From positions 1,302,001 to 1,366,000 of the forward strand of contig NW_027117339.1 of assembly GCF_038025025.1 (NCBI RefSeq): a DNA stretch of 64,000 nt, given 5' to 3'. The notes under the pieces were generated by a model that was given only the letters and a program-made list of their open reading frames with translations, did no database searches and was not told where the DNA came from. The stretch comes from Phyllosticta citribraziliensis. Lineage: Eukaryota. Shown here piece after piece: positions 10,798 through 23,440 of the stretch; positions within the stretch are counted from its first letter, which is position 1; each line of letters opens with the position of its first letter. The position numbers were made by a program, and so were the translations under genes.

Positions 10798-13296
10798 ATG
10801 GAGAATGTCGACATCTCCGACCTCGTCGAGCGCTTGGGCTCCGATGACGACTCTGGCCGCAAGATGGCCGCCTTCAAGCTGCAGTCCGTCATTGGTGATC
10901 CGTCATTCGCCGACGTCTTCGAGGCAGAGGGCGGCTTACCCAAGCTGCGCTACCTCTGCCTCCACGCGCACGGTAACACGCTGGCTTACGCGCTGACATC
11001 CTTTTCGCGCTTGCTGGAGCTCGACAAGGGCTGGGACCACGTCAATCAGGACCTCATTGAGCGCGTACGTCACGATTGCAACCTGCCCGCCATGGAGCAT
11101 CAACAAGCTGACAATTGTCCCTGAATCGTAGACTGTCGAGCTTGTCGTGAGCCAGCCACTAGTCAACATTCTCCGCGGCGCCATGTCCATCCTCGTCGCC
11201 ATTGTTTCACATCCGTACTACCGCGCCGCGCCCCCCGGAAACTTTGGCTTTCGCGCCCTCAAGCCCGCCGTTGCCATCTACCCGCAGTTTCTCGAGATGC
11301 TCGTGGCGCGCCTATCTTCGGCGGACCACGCCCTTTGCGCCAACGCCCTGCAGTTGATCAATTCGCTCATGCGCGATGCCATCACCAACGACAGCGAAAA
11401 CGAATGGCACAAGTTTATCAAGAAGTTGCAGGATCTAGGAGTCATCTCGGCCGCATATGTTCTCATGCAGGGTTCCGCTTTGCAGGACTTGGCGCATCCT
11501 CTCTTTGAATTCCAGACCCTGAGCAAGGTGCTTTTGCGCAAGTGGAGAGAGGTCAAGGTTGAGCTGGAGAAATCCGAGCATAGGCGCGCCCTCAAAGGGT
11601 TGCATCTGGCCAGCAAGCCCGAGAGGCTGCTGAGCACCAAGAGCAGAGACGGCGGCAGTAGAAGACATCACCCTGAGAAATGGCGGCGGCTGGGATTTGA
11701 GAGCGAGAGTCCCGGGTGGGAGTTTGAGCATACGGGATATCTAGGCTTGATGGACTTGTCCGACTTTGTCCGCACGCACGAGGACGCGTTCCAGAAGCTG
11801 TTGCTCGAGCAGTCGAACCAGCCTGCAGAGCAACGATGCCCCATCGCTCGCGCAAGCCTCGCAGTGACGACCATCTTGTATGACCATTTCGAGGTTGACA
11901 AATCCGACCACGATGACAGGGAGCGCTACGCCATTTTGGAGTCTCGCACCAATTTTGATCGTGCGTTTCGGCCCTTGATACTTCAGTGGTCCAGGCTACA
12001 CACCAGCGGCTTGCAAGCCTTCTTGCGGCTCTGGCAAGCAACGGGGGCAGAGATTGAAGATTTTGATAAGGTCGAGGAGCTGGTAAGAATATTGATCGAG
12101 CAAGTAGTGGGACAAGCTCCCCGTCAAAAGGACCTCCAGGAGGTCGAGGACGATGTTGCGGAGTATGATTATCAGAAGCTTCGCGAACTTCAGATGCAGC
12201 TTCTCGAACTTACGTACGAGGAAGCATGGGGTCAACATCTACGGTAAGTCCGCGCCTTCCATCAAAGAGGTCGCTTCAGTCTGACGCACCATTTCAGCCA
12301 AGTGAGAGAAGAGCTCAACCATGAGGCTCTGCAATTTGTCAAGGAACAGAGGATACGATGTCTCCTTGCGGGAGCATGGTTTCCTCATACCATGGGCTAC
12401 AGGGAAGACACTGGCCCCATCACCAAAGAGCAGTTGAACAGGACACATCCGACATCATGGCGCTATGCGCGACTCTCACACAATAGGAGGTTCCTGCACT
12501 TCGCTGATTTCCTAAACAAGACCGATCAGGAGCTCAGGCTTGACCAGCTAGGCAACAAGAGTAAGGGACAACATCTTTGAATGATATCCCAGATACTAAA
12601 CCGCACACAGTCGACCTCGCAACCATCTCATCAGTCGTGTCCAATGTCAGCGCCAGCGCTCCGTCGACTGCCTCATCAGCAACGACGCTCCGCGACCTAC
12701 CCAGCACGACATCAACCAAAATCACCGTCTACGGCTACCCGCCCGCCGACACGCAACAGCAGCAGCAACACCGCACGCACTCGCCCAATCCCAAGCCTTC
12801 GTCGTCAAGGCACCGCGCCGAGCCATCTTCGGCCGCCGCCTCGACTCACAACGGCACCACGACGCAGCATCAGCACGCCGCCAACGGCTCCGTCAGCGGG
12901 ACGACGACAACCACGGCAACAGGCGTATCTAGCAGTACAGCAGCAGCAGCCGCCGCCGCGGCAAAAGAAACAGTGCTCTTGCAACTGCATCCGCCGACGC
13001 ACGTCGCGGCGTCCGAGTGGCTGGACGGCCTGCTCATGCTGCTCAACCAGCAGCCCATCACGGCCGACACGCACAAGCTCGTCCAGGCCGTCGGCGGCTA
13101 CGGTCTCAAGATCCGTCTTCTCAACGTTCGCCTGGAGGATCTGCCGCCGGTTGGCGTTGCGGAGGGAGACGCTGGGGAGGTGGGCGTGGCAGCGGGGTCC
13201 GGGGCGGGTGCGGCGAAGGCTGGCATTGAGTTGCCGAGTCGGGAAGGTCTCGACGAGGATTATTGGTATGATGTTGGTGGTATGGATGGGCCGTAA
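10798..13296 (+). CDS. ELMO/CED-12 family protein (ARM-like N-terminus, ELMO domain, C-terminal PH domain)
   Basis: Exons 10798-11064, 11132-12243, 12298-12560, 12611-13296, all GT-AG and frame-consistent. Motifs: WRRLGF...GYLGLMDL, CPIARAS, ALQFVKEQRIRCLLAGAWF, WRYARLSHNRRFLHFADF, SEWLDGLLMLL. Confidence 0.88.
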
Positions 13297-14597
13297 GTGG
13301 GTCGGGTGAGTGTTGAGCTTGAGGTCAGGTGAGCGGAGTGAGGGGCGAGAGGGTAAGAATTGGGATCTCTTTTCCACGTTCTTTCTCTTCTTGTCCTGAT
13401 GTTTTACTACCAATCTTACCTTCTTCCCTTTTTTGTTCCCGTATATCTTGCTGTTCTTTCTCTTTTACTTCGTCTCTCATCCATCTTTCCCTCTCTTTCT
13501 CACTCTCCGCATCTCTGAGACCGCATACAAGATAGACAGACAGGTCAGGTCATTGGGTGGATGGACGCATGAACAAATGTATGGGTGGGTGTGCGGGCGG
13601 TTGGACACATGAGATTGACTCGTACAATCAGTTGGACGGATGGATGGACAGATACCCGCACACGTACACGCTTTTTGTGGCCTTTGGTATGCTCTTCGTT
13701 GGATTCTTTCCTGCCGTAATGTTGTCGATACATGTATAGTTTTGTGTGCACGTTTATTGGGCTGGAACTATGAATATGATCTAGACGCAGGAATACAAGG
13801 ACAGTACACGCTAAGGGAAACGAGAAAGCAAGGGGTTAAGACGGACGGGCCAAATCAGATCAGATCGCGTTTGGTGTATCGAAACTCTTGAAGTTTCGTG
13901 AGTGTCGGATGAACCCGTTGGATGATGAGCTGCTGAGAAGTGTGTGCGCTACATACATACCTATGCCTTTTCGGTGAAATGGACGTGCCGCGCTACCGTA
14001 CTTTTCACTCTCAACTCTTGTCTCTCCTTCAAGTCCACGAAAGGATTCGAGATGCCGGCAGGAGCCAACCGATGATAGGGAGAGATGAGCACGGAGATAA
14101 GTGGGTGAGTTGAGCTGCTAGGTAGGTACTTGTAGGTGGTAAGCAAGAAGCTCACGAAGGGTAGTTCCGAGGCTTGATTGCGAAGTCGTGGCATGCACAA
14201 CGAGAGCAAGGAATGACCGCCCACCAGGGAGTATTCATTTGCTCTGACAGAGGACTGATAGGGAGCCTGCTTGGATAGATGGCCAACAGGGAGCGTTCGA
14301 GCGACCGTGAGAGTAGTAATTGGGAATTTGCATGTGCCACTGCTTTTACTATCAAGACTATCAAGCCTCTTTCGCAGATTGCTGATTTCTTTCCAATTTC
14401 GTCTGCAATCAAGGCTCACTCATTCATCATTATTGCTCAGCTCGAAGACACCTTTACTTCATGCAACCCACAGCGTCAACATAACGCTCCAGCTTCCCTT
14501 GAACACCTAGACCACCTCCCCCTAAACAACCACCATCAATTTACAACCTCCCCCTCGGTTTCCCTTCGCCGCCATCATCTCCATTTCCTCCACCAAG

Positions 14598-15930
14598 TCA
14601 CCTCCTGGAGTCGACGGCATTGCGCAGGTTGCGAATGACCTCAGCGGGGTCGTTGGCGCCAAATACGGCGCTGCCGGCCACAATGACGTTGGCGCCCGCG
14701 TCGGCAGCCTTGTCAATCGTCTTCTCCGACAGTCCGCCGTCGACCTCGACGTGCAGGTCTGGGTACCGCTCGCGCACGGCCGTCACCTTGGGCAGCTGGT
14801 CTGCCATGAAGGATTGCCCGCCAAAGCCTGGCTCGACCGTCATGACGAGGACCATCTGGGAAGGGGGCGTTAGTGATTTATGGGTCTGGACACAAGGATC
14901 GGGAGGTCGTCGATTGGGAGCGCTGGCTGGATAGGTGGAGTAGGTGACGCCGAGGAGTTGAGCGGACGAACGAGCGCATGTGGCGCTTAGAGGTATAGGT
15001 GGGTAGGCGGAAAAAGACATCGCGCCCTGATGCAGGAACAATCTCTGATCCCATACGACCACTTCCTCGTCTAAGCGCCGCGCCGCATACATCGCCTCCT
15101 CGCCGCATCGCGTACCTGACGCCCACCTACCCCTTGCACTATTGCGCCTCGCCGCGCGCCCCAGGGCATACAGAGGAGACGGGGAACCAAGCCACTCACA
15201 TCCGGCACCTCATCCTTGTTCGGGTTCTCAAGAATGTCCCACAGTACATCGACGGGCGTCTTGGGCTTGATGGCAATGCCGGCCAGCAGGCCCTCGTCGT
15301 GGATGAACTTGATGAGCTCCTTGGGGCTGGTTTTGGCGTCTGTCACGCCGGATGGGCTATCGGCGGCCGTCGAGTTGATGGCGGCTTCGTAGTGGAAGCA
15401 GTACAGGTTGCAGCCGGCCGATTTGAATTCGCGGACCCATCTCTTGGGCTGTTTGGCGTCGTCGCCTGTCTGTCAGCTACCTGGACTGCTCCAATTCCTT
15501 TTGTTTTCCATGAGACGTGCACTCGCTTTGGGAATGGTGTGTGTGGCACGGGTAACGCGGTTTAGCGCCCGTATAGCTGGGACTTGGTGGAGTACCACGG
15601 GCAATGCCACCATGCAGGTGCGAATGGCACGCTTGGTTGCTTGCTCGCTTCGAGTCGTGCGCCAGAATCGGAGCATCATGTCCGTACCTCAGCAATCATC
15701 ATGTGGCAGTCAAATGTGCCACGACCGTGGGCCTCCTTGGGCGGTTCGACGTGCCGCCTGATCTTGGTGACGACGGGGGCGCCAAAGGTAATGTTTGGCA
15801 CAAAGTGGCCGTCCATAATGTCGACGTGCAGCCAGTCGGCGCCCTGGGCAATGGTGTCGGAGCATGCCTGGCCTAGGGCGGCGAAGTCGGCGGAGAGGAT
15901 GCTGGGAGCTATTATCGCGGGCGGCGCCAT
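14598..15930 (-). CDS. RPE1: Ribulose-phosphate 3-epimerase
   Basis: Exons 15930-15688, 15448-15200, 14855-14598; introns of 239 and 344 nt. Motifs: [75 protein letters not shown]. Confidence 0.96.
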
Positions 15931-17236
15931 GGTGGAGGTTCTGGTTCGAGGATTCAGTGGCTGGCAGTGGAGGAGAGAGGTTTGCGAAAAGTGATGATGG
16001 CGGAGAAGACGGGAGACGGTAGAGGCTTGCGGAGTGACGTCGGAGGGGCAGTTTTGGCTTTGGTGGGGCAGCCGCTGGTCGGCCTTTTCGGGCTTCGACG
16101 GCACAGTCCACGCCATACCATGCCATGCTTCCTCACCTTTCGATAGAGCACTCGATGGTCTCGAACCATCGGCGGCTACTGCCAACCAGGTTTGTCAAAC
16201 GTCCACATGGCCAGCTTCCTTGCTAACTCGCATAGAAGTTCTGGCATCGACAGAGCAGCTGCTGGCCGAGCCAAGTCCGTAGCCGCAGCGCGAATCATTC
16301 GCGATTACAAAACAACTGCGCTTGGGGCGTCAAGACCAGACTGATGACCACGTCCAGTCCCTCGGTCGCCGGCACCATGTCCAAATTGACAGGTTGAGAA
16401 AGAGCTGAGCTTGAGACTGGCCGTCGTCAGGCGACATGGCCTGCTCTGAACAGGGCGACGCCGAACAGTCATGGACCTCGCACCGCCGACAGCATGGCCA
16501 TGCATGACAATATATCGACAGGCTCGAAGCAGACGCGGCGACGGCACTTTGAGAACTGCGGCCGAGCTGGCCGCGCTGTCTGGCAGAGATTGGCTGGCGA
16601 CTGTCGTGTGTTGCCGCCCAAATAATCACCACCCCCGGATGCAGGTCGACGCTCGGGCCGCAGGCGCTTGCAGCTTTCGTCTGTGTGGGCCAATCGCGAC
16701 CTTCAACACCATGTGCTTGCATACACGCCCACTCGTCACCGTCGTACTCTCCGACGCCTGCTCTATCCTCGTTGGCTCTGCTCACCATTTCTCTGCCGGC
16801 CCGTGGGCTTCCCTGTCAACCGCCATGCTGTGCCCTGGTCAGGGCCACACAGGCAGCCAGAAGAGGCTCCCGCCTTGCCGCTGATCTTTGCCATGTTTCC
16901 TCTTTGTTCCTACAGAAGCGCTGGCCTCGAGTGGTCGGAGCAGACTTTTTCATGCATCCTGTAAGCCACCCGGGGCCGCAGCAGAGGTGCCTGCTCTCAT
17001 AACTTCCGCCAGCCCTCGACTTTGTGCAAACTTCATTCCTTCTACTCTTTTTGGATTTTGCCCATTCCCTCTCTTGTTTCATTGTGGTTTCCGTTGACCG
17101 GACCTCGTCGTTCTTTGGCGCCTAGTATTCCCATCATCCGTTGAACGGCCTACATCTACGCCTCTTAATAATACCCAATTTCATACGCCCTCAATAAGAC
17201 TCACATCCCTATTTGGAGCGTCAATCTTGTCCGACA

Positions 17237-20200
17237 ATGGAACATTTCACGCTCCCCGCCTCGACTTATAGCACAAGACTATCCAACACCCAAGACATGT
17301 CGTCCCCGCAGGCCCGGAGGACTACAATTAATACTGTAATCGAAGACTCGCCTCAGATCGACCAAGGCTATTTCTTCAATCAATACCCACCCGTTCCTCA
17401 AAGACCCGCCATGTTCTCGACAATCCAACCATCCCCATCGTACAGCGAAGACCTCCCGACCCCCACAGGACCGGCCCAAACCCAGTCTGCGCAATCCGAA
17501 TGGCCGCTCTCGCCGACGCCGCGTCACAGCATATCTCCCAAGTGGCGAAAGAATAGGGATGATCCAGACTTCGACTCGTTATACGACTTGACGGATGACG
17601 ATATCGCTGAAGAGGTGCCGCTCAAGTGCTCCAACTCAGTCAAGAAGGTTGCAGGAGGATCCAGCAGCAACTCCAGCAGAGCGAGGTCAAGCCGATCAAG
17701 GTACCCTTCGCTGGTCATCCCATCTCCTGCCAACTGGCCCACCATCGAGAAGCTTCAAAGCGCCGTGTCACCTGCGTCCTATGTACTGCCGGCGTCGGGT
17801 CCAGCCAGGGATGTGCTCAACATGCTGGCTTCGCGCAAGCTTCACAGCCCCGGAACCAACAGTGCACCATCGCTCGATGGCAGTCTTTCGTCGGAGGAGT
17901 TGGAGCATTTGAGCTGTCCGTCAACCCCCGACAACAGCTCTGAGAATGACAAGGAGATCGATTACCTCGGCCCTGTACAGCTTAACCACGAAGCCATGGA
18001 GACATTGCACCACCTTTCAGGTGATCAAGGCAATGTCAACGTGGATCAGGTCATCGAAGTCTTTGAGGGAGAGATGGAACAAGTTGTCGGGGGCCCTCGT
18101 CGCTCTGGATCAGTCGAAAGACTTTATGCTCCACAGGCCCCGCTCAGTCCAAGATCAGATGCTCTATCGGCTCTTTCCATCCCTTCTCCCGGCGGCTTCT
18201 TCTCTTCTTTGCAAGGGTCGGCACGTCACACATGGAGCATTCCTCCTCGCCCACACGGTGAGCCTGGACCCTCCACGTCTGTGGCCGAAAACTTTTACGG
18301 AGTTCCCTGGCGCGATGCTCCCAACGACATTGTCGAGCAGGTGGTGGAAGTTCCCGCAGACTTTGGCAACACAGGAGAGCCTACGCCCTCCGGGATTGAT
18401 GGCCTTACTTCCCCGCTGGGTGAAATCCTGGAAATCAGACCAAGCGAGACGGTGTACGAATACAACGAGCACTATGCGAGCGAGCTCGCTCAGCTTGGAC
18501 GCAAAAACTTGAGCCGGACCAGCCTCTGGCTTTCCGCTCAGGAGACTTGGCTCCAGGGAGTGTTGAGCCCAAGTTCGCCAACAGACGTCAAGTCAGCTCT
18601 CGACGAAATTACTTCGCCGTCGAAGAAGTCTGTCCGATTTGCTGATATTGTCTTTCCCGAGATTACCGCTACAACAATTAGAATTCCCACCAAGGACACC
18701 ACGTTCCTCGAAGCCGTCGAATATCTCCGCGAGTTCAATGGCAGGGTCGACGCTTTTATTCACCGTCTTGCCCGCACCGAGGCGATCCATCTGCGCCGCC
18801 GCTGCATGCCCAAGGTCTTCCGCAAGCAGCTTCTGGGTCGCTTCGAGGTCAACACCCCTTCCCATGTCCCGTCAAGCCGTCCCGTCTCTCAATTCTACGC
18901 GGACGACCCAAGCGAGCACAAGGAGCAGATTACTAAGGCTCAAAGGGAGCAGCAAGTACTTGAGCTGATGCGCCCCAACTTTTGGGTCCTCGAAGCCACT
19001 AGGCTTCTGCATGGTGGACGCCTTTTCGTCTCTCCAGCATGGAAGGTCCTTCAGCACACGCGCGACAAATTGACCACTCGCGTTCTAGACCTCGGTGGCC
19101 AGGCAGTTGGCGACTGGGGATGGCACGTCGCCCTCGACTTTCCCCGTAGCCGCGTCATTACTGCGACAACGAGCACTGCTCCGGACGCCTCGACAACTGT
19201 CAAGACCGAGGACGAGGAGCGCGAAGTTGCTGGCCCCTCGAACCACAGTCGTATGCTCGTACCTAACCTATGGACCCTTCCCTTTCCCTCAGGTCACTTC
19301 GATGTTGTCTCGGCGCGCTCCCTGCAGACCATTCTTCGCACAAGCATCCCCACGACCGCCAACCCCGAGCGCTGTGACGAGTATGACCTTTGCTTGCGCG
19401 AGTGCATGCGCGTCCTCAAGCCCGGTGGATACCTCGAGTTCCGTGTGCAAGACGCCGATCTGTTGCACGCTCCGTCGGGTAGCCGTGCACAGGCACTATC
19501 CGTCGAGTTTGGCTTCAACCTTCTCACGCGCGGCTACGATGCCATGCCTAGCAAGACTTTCCTTTCCCGTTTGGAGGACGCCGGTTTTGGCGAGGTCCGT
19601 CGCATGTGGTCGGCGTGTCCCTTTCCTCGTACCGCTGGCAAGTGGACCGAAAAGCTCAATGTCGGTGCGGACCCGTCAATGGAAGTGTCATCGCCGCTCG
19701 ACATGCCCGCCACGACGCCGTCGACGAGGCCTCGGGCTGGCACGACAGGGAGCAGGAGTTCTAGCTCTGACACGGTCGTGCCGGAACGCACCATCGCCGG
19801 CAATGGCGACGTTTTGCCTGCCGCTACTCCCAAGCAAGACGCTGCTGTCGCCGAGTCGCTACCGGCTGTTGTTCCTGCTACGTCCAGTCGGCCTTCGGCC
19901 AAGCACTTCCGCAGCATGAGCGGCACTTCTATCTTGAAGGTGCTGGTTGGTGGTGGTAGCCACAGCAGCAGTATCAACGAAGTTGTGCGATCTCCTCCCT
20001 CGCAGCCCCTTCCCACCCCCCCGCAGCCCCTGCCCCAGCAGCCAGCTGAGCCAGTCGCTGCGGAGGAGAATGCCGACGACGACGGTGAGCCCTCGGGCTC
20101 GACAACCGACGCCCGCGACGTGGCCGGTCTCGTGGGCGCGTGGGCCTGGGAAAAGTGGCTCGCTCGCCTCCAGGCACAGATGGCCAAGGAGCAGGAGCAG

Positions 20201-20323
20201 CAGGGCCAAGGGTTGGGCACCACGTTTGCTGCTGAGGATGCGGTGGCGCGAGCCATTGAAGAGGGTGCCAAGGACGGCGCCGCGTGGAGGGTACTTGAGG
20301 GATGGGCGAGGAAGGCGTGGTAG
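17237..20323 (+). CDS. Large S/P-rich protein with a C-terminal class I SAM-dependent methyltransferase-like domain
   Basis: Single ORF of about 1030 aa, first ATG at 17237. Motifs: VLDLGGQ..DW, TLPFPSGHFDVVSARSL, ECMRVLKPGGYLEF. The N-terminal ~550 aa look disordered. Confidence 0.8.
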   Translation: MEHFTLPASTYSTRLSNTQDMSSPQARRTTINTVIEDSPQIDQGYFFNQYPPVPQRPAMFSTIQPSPSYSEDLPTPTGPAQTQSAQSEWPLSPTPRHSISPKWRKNRDDPDFDSLYDLTDDDIAEEVPLKCSNSVKKVAGGSSSNSSRARSSRSRYPSLVIPSPANWPTIEKLQSAVSPASYVLPASGPARDVLNMLASRKLHSPGTNSAPSLDGSLSSEELEHLSCPSTPDNSSENDKEIDYLGPVQLNHEAMETLHHLSGDQGNVNVDQVIEVFEGEMEQVVGGPRRSGSVERLYAPQAPLSPRSDALSALSIPSPGGFFSSLQGSARHTWSIPPRPHGEPGPSTSVAENFYGVPWRDAPNDIVEQVVEVPADFGNTGEPTPSGIDGLTSPLGEILEIRPSETVYEYNEHYASELAQLGRKNLSRTSLWLSAQETWLQGVLSPSSPTDVKSALDEITSPSKKSVRFADIVFPEITATTIRIPTKDTTFLEAVEYLREFNGRVDAFIHRLARTEAIHLRRRCMPKVFRKQLLGRFEVNTPSHVPSSRPVSQFYADDPSEHKEQITKAQREQQVLELMRPNFWVLEATRLLHGGRLFVSPAWKVLQHTRDKLTTRVLDLGGQAVGDWGWHVALDFPRSRVITATTSTAPDASTTVKTEDEEREVAGPSNHSRMLVPNLWTLPFPSGHFDVVSARSLQTILRTSIPTTANPERCDEYDLCLRECMRVLKPGGYLEFRVQDADLLHAPSGSRAQALSVEFGFNLLTRGYDAMPSKTFLSRLEDAGFGEVRRMWSACPFPRTAGKWTEKLNVGADPSMEVSSPLDMPATTPSTRPRAGTTGSRSSSSDTVVPERTIAGNGDVLPAATPKQDAAVAESLPAVVPATSSRPSAKHFRSMSGTSILKVLVGGGSHSSSINEVVRSPPSQPLPTPPQPLPQQPAEPVAAEENADDDGEPSGSTTDARDVAGLVGAWAWEKWLARLQAQMAKEQEQQGQGLGTTFAAEDAVARAIEEGAKDGAAWRVLEGWARKAW

Positions 20324-23300
20324 GCGTAGTAGGTCTTGAAGTGAATGATCATTGGTGCAGGGAGAGAGGAAGTGGAGTTAGGCCCTGGTGTTCTTGATAT
20401 TTGTTTATCCCTTTTCACCCCCCTTTTTCATTATTTGTGTAGGCGAGTTGGGTTTGCTGTTGGTGCGACTGGTTTCGCGCAGGCAGGCACATACATACCA
20501 CTAAAACAACCAAAAAAGAAAGAAAAAAACATAAGTTCGGTTCTTGTATATATTATGATTTGTTCTATCCGATTCCACTTGTGTTGTCTTGTCATCTTGA
20601 ACAAAAGCAATGGTTTCCCTACTGATCAATGACTAGGACGACTTACACGCACGGCGGCGGCCTGTCTATCACCTGTCTGTCTGCTCGTCGTGTCTCACTC
20701 GTCCCACATCACTCACCAGTCAACAGTCACCAGTCAATCAGTCAGTCAGTCAGCCCTACCTCCCGGGGCCATGTTTAAAATCCAACCGACAGAAGAGCTA
20801 AGCAACCATGATCCGCATCCATCCACCCGGGCCGTTTGTTCCTTCCTTCCTTTCTTCCTCCCGACCTACCTTCAAAGCTGCCAGCCCATCTACCCAACAC
20901 TACGGTTCCGTCGTTCCGTCTTTCCACCATGCCTCTCGTTAGCATGAGGATGACCAAATGCATGCAGGCAGAGAACGGGTTCATGAGTCCCCGGAGCGAG
21001 GGGAGAGAAGGATTTAGGTAGGGCTGAGCTGAGATGAGATATGCTCTGCAGGCGGCAGACAGAAGGGCGGACGGGCAATGGGTTGATCGGTCGGATAGAG
21101 CAAGGGAACCGAGGTGGAAAATCGTAGGCGGACGGACGGGCTGTTCTGGGACCAATTTGGGTGTGAGACCAAGCATTGAGAGAGAGAGAGAGAGAAGGAC
21201 GAGAGGGAAACGTCTCTGTGTGTCTGTGTGACAGTCACTGTTGCTTTCCCATTTCACTAGTCGTTGACGAGGTCGTCGTTCGAATGCTCAAAATGACAGA
21301 CCGTCGGCTTATACTGTCCCCGCCGGCTCATATGTCCACGCCAAAGTTAAAGTCAAAACGTAGGAGAGTAACAAGCAGAGTATCCCAAACCGCGCCTACA
21401 ATGCTTCATTAAGCATACAAACCAGCAAGTGCTAACCGGCCTCACCCTCCGCACAAACCAAATCCGCTCACTCAGTCTCCTCGTCATAGTCGTCGTCGCC
21501 ATCATCGTCGTCACCGCCAAGCCAAGGCGCTCTTCCACTTCAAGCACCAAGCCGCAGACAAGAAGTTCGCACTCAAAGACCTAACTTCCTCCTCTTCATG
21601 TTGTCAACTTCGTCGTAATTGCCAACAGTAGCCAGTGATCAAGGCCAAATTCATCCTTGAGAGGCCGCGTATGCAGTAGTATAACCACCTACAGAGCGTC
21701 TTTTTTACCATCTGTCCGAGACACCAAGACCGAGAGTTTCGGACTCTTGGGGGGATTGCAAGTCAAAAACAAGACCGGTGGCTGACAAGAAGAGAAAAAC
21801 CAACCGCAATGTAGACGCAAGGAGCAAGGAGCAAGGAGCAAGCGAAAGCGAGAGAGAGACGTGCAGAGGAAAGTGAAATAATAGAAAAAATTAAGCTGTC
21901 AGGTCACCCAATTCACCCTGCCCCTGCCTCACCCCCTGTCGCGGTATAGTAGGGATGTTTAGAGCGTACTATACCAAGGCGATGGGAGCAATGGTGGCTG
22001 TGCGCGTCCGTGGTTGGCTGGTCAAGCCATAACACAAACATGAGGAAGGTAGCATGGCAGAATGCAGCAAGGGTTTGGGCTGGCTGGATGTGCATGTATC
22101 GTGGTCGAATCCTATATCCATCCATCCATGGCGGCAAAGCTTCCCCGCAAACCGGTCCCGGTGCCATCGAGCAGCGGGGGATCGAGTGAAGCAGCCAACG
22201 GCGCGCGCCGTTTCAGCTTGGGCTCCTTCAGCCCTGTCCGACCGTCTGGGACCGCGGTTGCATCGAGGGTGAATACACACCGGTAGGCTTTTGAGTGATG
22301 GAAACAGACAATGGATGTTGGCTGTTCAGTAAGCCGGAGACCGAGCCACACGGCACGCCTAAAGAAAGACAGGGGCATTTCTTGGTGTTTTGTTGGTGTG
22401 CGTGTGTGCTGTTCCAGCCGCTGCGCTGAGCAACGTACCAAGATGCCCAACCATCTGCTTTGTGTGTTATGTGTCGCAGCCGGGCCAGTGACAATGCAGT
22501 TGAGCCAACCAGTAGATTACACGGTCATTGGGCCGACATGTCGTCGACGGCAACGACGGCGGCGTTGATTTTGATGTGGACGGGCACGATGATTGGCGAT
22601 ATCCCCTCGTGTCGAAACCAAGGCGCGTGCGGTGGGTGGTGTTTCGCCGTCGAGGTGCCTAGAGGGCGAGGGATGGGGGCGGCGTTGCATGGGGGATGCA
22701 TGGCTGGGCGGGTGGCTGCAGAGTCGGCGGCAAGACGGGACAAGACCTTGGGCGACGCGAATGAGCCACGAAAGGCACGATCGTCTACAAATGGGGGAGG
22801 CCGGATGAGAATAGAAATGGTTAGAAGAATAGCCTACCGTCCAGACGTCAGCACTGGCAACCGTCTGCTTTTCAATCGTCGTTGTTCTCAACTGTTTGAT
22901 CTGCGTGGACCACCCCAGAGAAAGAGAAGATCCCTTCTGAGCCTCGGCCTCGCAACGCTTTGTTCCTGTGACGTTTCGCTGACGTCCAGAGACCTTCAAA
23001 CGAATTGATTGATTGCTGGTCTCCGCGTTTTTGGAAACGTTGGCTCGTTGCCCGGCTCTGTCTCCACCCTTTTCCCCCACGTCGTCGACCAATTCGGAAC
23101 CAACTATCAGGCCTCTTGTTAGGTTCACAGCCTCTTCCTTTGCTCTCCACCTTCAATCTTTTGCTGCTCAATAATTACAATCGTCGAGGCCTTGTCACGC
23201 GCGCGCCTTGTTCTACTCCACCGCTCTTCCTGCCCCGCGTAGAATAAAAAAATCCATCACGACCACCACGGCATTCCTCGACCACATCCCATTCCACGAC

Positions 23301-23440
23301 CGACCACCTGCCTCATCAAGATTGTAAGAGGTTGCACCTCCAACCTCACGGATTGCAATCGACCTGGATTATATCCACGACAATTCCAATCACGCAAGAA
23401 CCGCTTCAACCAAAACCTTTCCCTTCCATTACACGCAACA

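Noticed and set aside
21411..21630. Possible exon after a GCTAAC...CAG signal, encoding a hydrophobic or basic peptide
   Set aside because: I could not link an upstream exon or start; several frames are equally plausible.
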